Source of the DNA: Dictyostelium discoideum
Taxonomy: Eukaryota
Reading direction: 5' to 3'
Assembly: GCA_000004695.1 (NCBI GenBank)
Contig: CM000155.2
Coordinates: 3,360,001-3,424,000 of the forward strand
Length of the DNA stretch: 64,000 nucleotides
The translations under genes were made by a program, and so were the position numbers. Positions 51,970 through 64,000 of the stretch are shown one piece after another. The stretch's first letter is position 1, and each line of letters starts with the position of its first letter. The notes below the pieces were generated by a model that worked only from the letters and a program-made list of their open reading frames with translations, had not been told where the DNA came from and ran no database searches.

Positions 51970-52090
51970 TTCTTTATATGTTAACATACTCTTCTTTTAA
52001 TTGTTTCATTCTTTGTTCTCTAATTTTAGCCAATTCGTCATCATCATCGAAATCTTCATCTAATCCATTATTGGTATTATTTTCTGACAT
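51418..52090 (-). CDS. phlp3: phosducin-like protein 3 / thioredoxin domain-containing protein 9 (TXNDC9) homolog. The exons are complement(join(51418..51871,51990..52090)) = about 184 aa.
   Basis: Exon 1 (ATG 52088-52090) encodes MSENNTNNGLDEDFDDDDELAKIREQRMKQLKEE, with donor GTATGT (phase 2). Exon 2 after TTTTAAAAG encodes ...THGELKEIDEQDFLKEVTGTDNVVVHFYHSDFQRCKILDKSLEILAKTHLGTKFLKVNAEKAQFFTGKLGIRILPTLVFF. This is colinear with human TXNDC9 (HGEYREI...NVVCHFY...[32 protein letters not shown]...IKVIPTL). Confidence 0.8.
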
Positions 52091-52403
52091 TATTAAGATA
52101 ACAAAGAAAATTTCAGAGGTTGAGTGTTTTTTTGGTTTTAAAATTTTTATTTTTATTTTTTTATTTTTTTTTTTTTTACTTTTTCAATTTTTTTATTTTA
52201 TTTTTTTTTTTTTATATTTTTTTTTTTTTTTTTATTTTTTTTTATTTTAATATTTATTACACTCAATTGTATACTCTAATAAATTTTCTACTTTAAAAAA
52301 AAAGAAAATAAATTCTATCAATAAAAATAAAGAATATAATTTAATAATAAAAATAAAAAATAATAATAATTTAATAATAATAATTTTTTTAAAAAAAAAA
52401 AAA

Positions 52404-53152
52404 ATGTCAGAATATGGTAAAGCAGGTAGTGGTGGTTTACAAAGTTCACAATATGATAATATAGATAGAAGAGAAAGACAAAAACAATTAGTATTAGAAC
52501 ATGTTGATGTTTCAAAAGATCCATATATTATTTCAAATCATATAGGTTCTTTCGAATGTAGATTATGTTTAACAGTTCATAATAATGTTGGAAATTATTT
52601 AGCACATACACAAGGAAAAAAACATCAAACTCATTTAGCACGTCGTGCTGCAAAAGAACAAAGAGAAAATCCATCTGTTTCAAAAAATAATTATATGTAA
52701 ATATATTGAAAAATAAAAAAAAAAAAAAAAAAAAAAAATAAAAATAATAAAAAATAATTTATTAATTTAATTATAATTATATATCATAATATTTTAGTCA
52801 AACAACAAGAGTTATACATAAAAAAACAATTAAAATTGGAAGACCAGGTTATAAGATAATAAAACAAAGAGATTCAAAAACTGGTCAATTAAGTTTACTT
52901 TTTCAAATTGATTATCCAGAGATTGAATCTGGATTACAACCAAGACATAGAATTATGTCTGCATTTGAACAAAGAGTTGAACAACCAAATAAAGATTATC
53001 AATATTTATTATTCGCAGCAGAACCTTATGAAACTATAGCATTCAAAATACCAAATAAAGAAATTGATAGGACTACTGGTCCTGACGGTAAATTCTTTAC
53101 TCATTGGGATAGGAATAAAACTTTTACTTTACAATTATATTTTAAAGAATAA
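52404..53152 (+). CDS. sf3a2: splicing factor 3a subunit 2 (SF3A2 / Prp11). The exons are join(52404..52696,52798..53152) = about 215 aa.
   Basis: The C2H2 matrin-type finger is SFECRLCLTVHNNVGNYLAHTQGKKHQTHLARRAAKE, as in human YECKLCLTLHNNEGSYLAHTQGKKHQTNLARRAAKE. The donor GTAAAT is at 52697 (phase 2) and the acceptor TTTTAG ends at 52797. Exon 2 encodes IKIGRPGYKIIKQRDSKTGQLSLLFQIDYPEIESGLQPRHRIMSAFEQRVEQPNKDYQYLLFAAEPYETIAFKIPNKEIDR...FFTHWDRNKTFTLQLYFK, nearly colinear with human SF3A2. Confidence 0.85.
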
Positions 53153-53193
53153 TAATGATAATAATAAAAAAAAAAAAAAAAAATAATAAAATA

Positions 53194-53238
<45 letters not shown>

Positions 53239-53699
53239 AAGGAAATGTTTTTAAGTAGATATGTATAAAATTTTGATTTTTGATTTTTGATTTTTAAATA
53301 ATAATAACAATTATAAAAATCAAAAATCAAAAATTATTTTTACATATATCTACTTAAAAACATTTAAAGATTTTAAAAAGTCTCCCTTTTTTTTTTTTAA
53401 ATTAATTTTTTTTTTAAAAATTTTTTTTTTTATTTTTTTTTTTTTTAAAATTTTTTTTTTTTATTTTTAAAAATTTTTTTATTTTTTATTTTTTATTTTT
53501 TTTTTTTTTTTATTATTTTTTGATACAATAATTTTAAATAGAATAAAAATAGATATAAAAAAAAAAAAAAAAAAAAAATTAATAACAAATAAAATAATAT
53601 ATATATATATTATATATATATATTTTAATATTATATAATTGTAAAATAATTGTAAATTAAAAATAAATTAAAAATAAAAAAAATTAATATAATAAATAA

Positions 53700-53746
<47 letters not shown>

Positions 53747-53754
53747 ATGATATC

Positions 53755-58080
<4,326 letters not shown>

Positions 58081-58120
58081 ACATACAACTTTTAATATTT
58101 ATTTTTTAAAAAAAGTAAAA

Positions 58121-58151
<31 letters not shown>

Positions 58152-58216
58152 AAAAATAGATTTTTTTTTTTTAAATTATATAAATATCTTTTTTTTTTTT
58201 TTTGTTTTATTATTTT

Positions 58217-59308
58217 TTAAAAAGTTTCATTGTTTTCTTCTTGATTATTGTTATGATTATTATTATTAAAATCTCCAACTGTTTGTTGATCGAATGAGAA
58301 TTCCTCAGTTTCTGGTTGCACTTGTTCAGTTGAAGTTATTGGTTGTGGTAATTCAATTGATTCTGGTAATTGTTGTTCAAATGAAAATGGTTCTGGTTGT
58401 TGTTGTTGTTGTGATTGTTGTTGTTGTTGTAATTGTTGGAAATGTTCTTGGCTAGAATACATTGGAATTTCATTTGTATTTACAGTTGTTTGTTGTTGAT
58501 TTGTATAATTTTCAGTTATTGTTGATGATGATGATGATGATGAATAAGTTGGTGGTGGTACATTAAATAATTGTGGTTGTTCAAAACCTGGTGTTGTTGT
58601 TGTTTCTGTATTATTATTATTATTATTAATTGCACTTTCTAATAATAATGGTACTCTATCAGGGAATAAAGTATTATTACCTCTAATTTTATTAATTACA
58701 ACAGGTATATAACTACCAACTTTAACTAAACCATTTGTAACTGTTGATAATGTATTTGGTGGAATATATTCAATCACTTTATTATAACCAATAATACTAT
58801 AACCTTTGACGATACTAAATCCTTCAATACTATAATCTTTAGCTTTACTTAAATGTTCCATTGGTAAATAAGATTGTACCAAGTTAATTGTATCTGAAAC
58901 TTTTGAATATGCCCCTAATAATAATAATAATAGTTTTATAATTAAAAAATTTAAATTAGTAATTGTTATATATTAATAATAATAATAATTATAATAATTA
59001 TTAATTAATTAATAATTACAAAAAACTCTAAGATTAGATTTTAAATCTTCAATATCTTTAAATAAGTTTCTTGCTGGACCAACAGGTATTTTCATATTGA
59101 CAATATCTTCATAGGTTAAGTTTATTAATGCACGNCCATCTATGAAATTATCTCTTAATATATCTGCATAATGTGTACCTTGTCTAGCTTGAATTGACCA
59201 ATTGTAAACATCGGTAACACTCCATAACTCAATGGTCGTGGTTGAAGATGAAGAATTTTCATTTGAACTTGATACAATTGATGTATTATGAATTGTTGTT
59301 GGTAACAT
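58217..59308 (-). CDS. SAM (sterile alpha motif) domain protein with a Q/N/S-rich C-terminus. The exons are complement(join(58217..58914,59020..59308)) = about 329 aa.
   Basis: The ATG is at 59306-59308. Exon 1 encodes ELWSVTDVYNWSIQARQGTHYADILRDNFIDxRALINLTYEDIVNMKIPVGPARNLFKDIEDLK, the SAM fold consensus. The donor GTAATT is at 59014-59019 (phase 1) and the acceptor TATTAG is at 58915-58920. There is an ambiguous base at 59135. Confidence 0.55.
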
Positions 59309-59376
59309 TGTTTTTTTGGTTCTTGTTANATATGTGTGTGNGCGTGAGTGTCTATGACCAAGTGTAACTTAAACCT

Positions 59377-59428
<52 letters not shown>

Positions 59429-59550
59429 AATTTTGGAAAAAAAAAAAAAAAAAAAAAATATTTTTTAAAAATAAAAATAAAAATAAAAATATCANCANCA
59501 GCCCATCCAAAAAACTGACGCATCCGATTATAACTGACTCAACAAAATTN

Positions 59551-59585
<35 letters not shown>

Positions 59586-59772
59586 CGTNCACAAATAAAA
59601 TTTTAGTTAATAAATGAAAATAATAATAATCATCCCATTNTTNTTATTATCNCTATAAATGTTTTTTTTTTAATTTTTTTTGTTTAAACATTGTTTAAAC
59701 TTTTTTTTTTTTGTTAAAAAATTGTATAAACTTTTTTTTTTTTTTTTTGTATAATTCGTTTTTTTAATTTTT

Positions 59773-59806
<34 letters not shown>

Positions 59807-59921
59807 GATGATTCGTTTTTTAAATTTTTTTAATTTTTTTTTTTTTACAATTTTATTTATTTTATTTGGATTTAATCCATTCACTCTTTCTTTAAAAAAT
59901 AAAAATCAAACGAGATAAATA

Positions 59922-61439
59922 ATGAAAAGAATTAGTATTTTAAGATTACTAAGAAATAATAAAAATATAAATGGAGTAATAAATTATAAACCAACAACAA
60001 TAACACTATCATCATCAATCATAACAACAACAACACAACGATCATTGTCATTAAAATTTAACAATGAAAATAGATTTTATAGTAGTAGTAAAGCTCTATT
60101 AAATGGTAACATTGTAAATAATGAAATTTCTAAATCAATTGAAAAAGTTAATGATCCAAATTCTTTTGAATATGTTTTAAGTGGTTTTTATGAATCAAGA
60201 AAATTTGAAAAAGCAATTAAATATTTTGAAGAAATTAGGGAAAATAATGACCAATTTAAACCAAATAAACTTATAGTAACTAAAATAATGAAATGTTATG
60301 CAAAATGTAATAAAATGGAGAAATGTTTAGAATTGTATAATGAAAATCAACAAGATTTCGATATAATAATGGGTTTAGTTTTAATTAAAGGTTATTTAGA
60401 TCAATCAAATTTCGAAGAAGCAATGAAATGGTTTGAAAAATGTCAACAATTAAATATGGATAATATTCGTCACTACACTGTCATTATTGGAAAACTCTCA
60501 AAATCTGGTCAATTCTCTATTATCGATATGATGTTGGATCAAATTAAAATTAAAAATTTAAAATTTGATACTCATCTCTACACAATCCTCTTTACTGGTT
60601 TACAATCTTTCATAGGTAATGGTCATCTTGACCGTACTTTAAAATTATATGAACAATTAATGAACGATTTAAAAACAGCATCAACAACAACAACAACAAC
60701 AGATTTAAAAATGGATAGTAAATTATTTAAAGAATTAGTTGAATGTTTATTTTATAAAAAGCTATATAAATCAGTTGTAGGATTATATGAAAAGTTTAAA
60801 AATTCAAATATTGATTTTTCACTTATTTTACCAAAAATTTTAACATCATATAATTATGATTATCCAAATTCTCCAAATGATGTAATTCAACTTTGGTCAA
60901 AAATTAAAAAACCATCACCAGGGAGTTATGCTTGTTATTTCCATTTTTTAAATAACTGTAATGAATTTAACTATTTCCCAAATTATAAATTTAATATAAT
61001 TGATATTGTTGAAAAAGAATTAACATTGAATAAGAATAATATGAACTTATTTCAAAATGATATTTTCATTGTAAATCAAATTATTAGATATCATATTATA
61101 GATAATGATTTCTCATCGGCTTGGTCAATTTTCCAATATACACTTTCAAATTCAATTGCTGATGTTTTTTCATTTTTTTATATTTTAAAATATCTTACAA
61201 ATCATTCAACTAATCCAATAGTTTATAATAATTTAAAAGAAATCCTAACAAGTAGTTATTATATTAATCTAACAAAACAATATTCAGATTATAAAAAAGT
61301 AATTTGGATTCCAATTTTAAAACGTTTAAATTCATCTGAAGAATTTAAACCACAATTACAACAAACTATTAAATTATTAGAATCTCATACTTCTGAATCT
61401 TTAATTTTTTATAATAAAGCTTTAGGTAGAAATAACTAA
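59922..61439 (+). CDS. pentatricopeptide/TPR-like helical-repeat protein with a predicted mitochondrial presequence. 505 aa.
   Basis: The N-terminus MKRISILRLLRNNK is basic and amphipathic. There are ~35-aa repeats with PPR-like spacing (FEYVLSGFYESRKFEKAIKYFEEIREN..; LIVTKIMKCYAKCNKMEKCLELYNE..; MGLVLIKGYLDQSNFEEAMKWFEKCQQ; YTVIIGKLSKSGQF..). Confidence 0.5.
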   Translation: MKRISILRLLRNNKNINGVINYKPTTITLSSSIITTTTQRSLSLKFNNENRFYSSSKALLNGNIVNNEISKSIEKVNDPNSFEYVLSGFYESRKFEKAIKYFEEIRENNDQFKPNKLIVTKIMKCYAKCNKMEKCLELYNENQQDFDIIMGLVLIKGYLDQSNFEEAMKWFEKCQQLNMDNIRHYTVIIGKLSKSGQFSIIDMMLDQIKIKNLKFDTHLYTILFTGLQSFIGNGHLDRTLKLYEQLMNDLKTASTTTTTTDLKMDSKLFKELVECLFYKKLYKSVVGLYEKFKNSNIDFSLILPKILTSYNYDYPNSPNDVIQLWSKIKKPSPGSYACYFHFLNNCNEFNYFPNYKFNIIDIVEKELTLNKNNMNLFQNDIFIVNQIIRYHIIDNDFSSAWSIFQYTLSNSIADVFSFFYILKYLTNHSTNPIVYNNLKEILTSSYYINLTKQYSDYKKVIWIPILKRLNSSEEFKPQLQQTIKLLESHTSESLIFYNKALGRNN

Positions 61440-61823
61440 AATTAATTAAAACAAAAAAAAAATAAAAAAATAAAAATAAAAGTAAAATTAAAATAAAATA
61501 AATAATTTAAAGGTATATAAATTAAAAAAATAAAAAAAATAATCGGGTATTTTCTTTTTTAGTAATTTTTTTGATTTATAAATTACTATTTTTGGATTAT
61601 TTAGTTCTTTTTTAAAATTTTAAGAATTTTATTATATTTTTTTTTTACTTTTATATTTTCCAAATTTTTTTTTCCAAATTTTTTTTTTTTACTTTTATAT
61701 TTTTCATTTATCAATTTTTAAATATTTTATTTATCATTTATATATATTTATATATCCAGAATTTATTTTTTAAAAAAAAAAAAAAAAAAAAAAAATAATC
61801 AAAAAAAACAAAAAAAAAAAAAA

Positions 61824-62083
61824 ATGATTTTTTTAAATTTTTATTTTTTTGGGTTTGGGTGCAGTGTTTTCACCTTATTTTGTTTTGTTTTTTTATTTTT
61901 AAAAACATTCCAAAAAAAGATGAAAACTAAAAATATTCAAAAACCATTACCACAAAAAAGAACATCATATTTTTATTGTATAAATATAAAGAATTTAACA
62001 ACAAATGTAGATAAAATTATAACAATATATCCACAAAATTGTGATTGTACTTGTAATTGTTCATTCCCTTTCTCTCAAACTAG

Positions 62084-62141
<58 letters not shown>

Positions 62142-63548
62142 AATACTACAACAAAAACAACAACAAGATCAACATCAAAATCGACATCAACATCAACATC
62201 AGCAACAACACCAATATTTCAATTAGAAGGTAGTGGTGAATGTACATGTAGTTGTAATTGTGAAAATAATAATAATAATCAAATAATAACAGGTAAAAAT
62301 AATAATGAATTAATATTTAAATATTTTAAATTTAAATGTTGTTTATGTCTATGCCATAATAGAGAATTTTATTTAAAAATTATTCAATTAAAATCATCAA
62401 CTACATTATTAGATAAATGTTTTATTGAAGAGTATAATACTTTTACAAAAGTAGTAACTTCAAATAGTAATAATAATAATAATGATGAGGAAGAAGAAAA
62501 AGAAGAAGAAGAAGAAGAAGAAGATATAAGAATTTATTTTAATAATTTAAATAATAATGAATTTATTATTAATGATTATAGTAGTGAAATATTTTTAAGT
62601 ATACAACAAAATAATAAAATTATAAAATATCATTTATGTATTGACGAATTACCATTGAATAAATTTAAGAATTTTCAATTTTATAAGAATAAATTAAGTT
62701 CTAAACCAGATGGTGATCGTATTGATGCAATTCATGCAGAATGGTATAACAATTTAAATAAATTAGAATATCATCATGGTTATGTTCAATGGTTATTCCC
62801 ATTATATGCAAACAATGGTATGAATTATCAAGCATATGCATTGGATAGGATTGAATCGAAATTATTTAGAAATGATATTGATATTGCAAAGAGAATCATT
62901 AAATCCTATGAATTAATGTTAAATTTCTATGGTATTAGATTAGTTAATAAACATACTGGTCAATTGGAAAGATCAAAAGATTTACAGCATTCAAAGAAAC
63001 AATTCAATAATTTATCAAATAATTCTCATAATAATTTACGTATTAGTAGAATCATCACTTTCTTAGGTTTAGTTGGTTTTAAAAGATATAAAAAACCTTT
63101 AGTAGATTTCTTAAAATATCATATTAATAATGGTAATTTATCAATTTCAAAATATAGTATAAAAAATTATTGGGAACCTTTAATTGATTATTCAAAATCA
63201 AATTCAAAATGGTAAATACTAAAAATAAAAAAATAAAAAAATAAAAAAATAAAAATAAAAATAAATAACTTTTTATTAATATCTAAATTTATTTTAAGGT
63301 ATTTTGAAAATACATTAGAGAATGATAATGATAATGAAGAATCAATTTATTTTCATTATATTCATGATATTGAAAGAGCAGAGAATCAAGAGAAACAAAA
63401 GAATGAAGAGAAAGATAAAACAGAGAGTGTAGAGGAAGAATATGATATAAATGACGATGATGATGATGGGACAGATATTGAAGATTGTAGTAAAAAAATT
63501 TTTAATGATAAATATAGTTTACATCAAAATAATTATTTATATAATTAG
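61824..63548 (+). CDS. opioid-growth-factor-receptor-like (OGFr N-domain) protein. The exons are join(61824..63211,63299..63548); the N-terminus and the last exon are tentative.
   Basis: The conserved block is HGYVQWLFPLYANNGMNYQAYALDRIESKLFRNDIDIAKRIIKSYELMLNFYGIRL, an OGFr_N-like YxQWLFPL motif. The donor GTAAAT is at 63212 (phase 2) and the acceptor TTTTAAG is at 63292-63298, giving an acidic 83-codon last exon. The first ATG 61824 encodes a very hydrophobic Phe-rich leader that may be UTR. An alternative start is MKTKNIQ at 61920. Confidence 0.5.
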
Positions 63549-64000
63549 ATATAGGTGAGAGGGTTGGGGGTTGGAGGATATGTTTAATTATTTTATTTTA
63601 TTTTTTCTAAACATATGACTACACATTTGTAAAAAAAATAAAAATAAAAGAAAAAAAGATTAATAAATAAATAATTAAAAAAAAAAAAAAAAAAATGAAT
63701 TTTCTTCTCTTTCTTTTTCATTTTTATAAAAAAAAAAAGTAATTCCATAAAGAATATATATATTTTTTTTTTTTTAAAAAAAAATCTCCTTAAAAACAAA
63801 AAGTAAGTTAATACTAATCAAGATATTTCATTATTTGTTCAAAATATTTTAAATTCCTATAAAAGGTAATAAAATTAGGAAATAAATAATTAACAAAAAA
63901 AATAATAAATTTTATTTATTTTAAAATATTTTTTTTTTTTATTTCTTTTATTTGTTAAAATACATTTTTTCATCATTTTAAAATAGTGGTTGGGGTTACC

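Noticed and set aside
59330-59660. Cluster of n characters and homopolymers between the SAM gene and the PPR gene
   Set aside because: This is a low-quality assembly stretch (multiple single-base ambiguities), not a biological feature. No ORF of substance.

Overview
The window is AT-rich (about 75-80% A+T) nuclear DNA with the hallmarks of Dictyostelium discoideum. Coding poly-Asn/Gln/Thr trinucleotide runs are common, introns are short (70-260 bp) with GTAAGT/GTATGT/GTAAAT donors and AT-rich ...AG acceptors, first exons are often tiny, and tRNA genes are accompanied by tRNA-gene-targeted non-LTR retroelements. The ORF track marks non-ATG starts as M, so I re-derived true ATGs and splice junctions by reading both strands. 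About 30 protein-coding genes are supported, most of them multi-exon. They include WASP (wasA, reconstructed at exactly 399 aa), COP9 signalosome subunit 4, a PAQR/hemolysin-III family member, a YfcG-like GST, a HAD pyrimidine 5'-nucleotidase, a lipase class 3, an RNI-type LRR protein, a membrane PHP-domain phosphoesterase and an FHA-PBZ-(macro-like) protein. Others are a Sel1-repeat protein, aldose reductase (297 aa), the NAD-isocitrate dehydrogenase regulatory subunit, a mitochondrial carrier, PhLP3/TXNDC9, SF3a subunit 2, a SAM-domain protein, a PPR-like protein and an OGFr-like protein. The rest are a PA14-domain protein, a tandem pair of paralogous 4-TM protein genes, two small secreted Cys-rich peptides and several long low-complexity N/Q-rich proteins. 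There are two tRNA genes: tRNA-Phe(GAA) on the plus strand and tRNA-Leu(AAG) on the minus strand. tRNA-Phe is preceded by a cluster of truncated, rearranged TRE5-like non-LTR retrotransposon pieces and followed by an ex-B box. tRNA-Leu is followed by a degenerate copy of its own 3' half. The window has three 100-N assembly gaps. It also has a G-rich low-quality-looking island beside one gap and an EcoRI/SmaI adaptor-like motif between poly(A) and poly(T), both probably artefacts. I see no prokaryotic-style defence or biosynthetic system here. The most interesting biology is the ADP-ribose-signalling-type FHA-PBZ gene, the membrane PHP protein, the bacterial-type GST and the retroelement-tRNA architecture.
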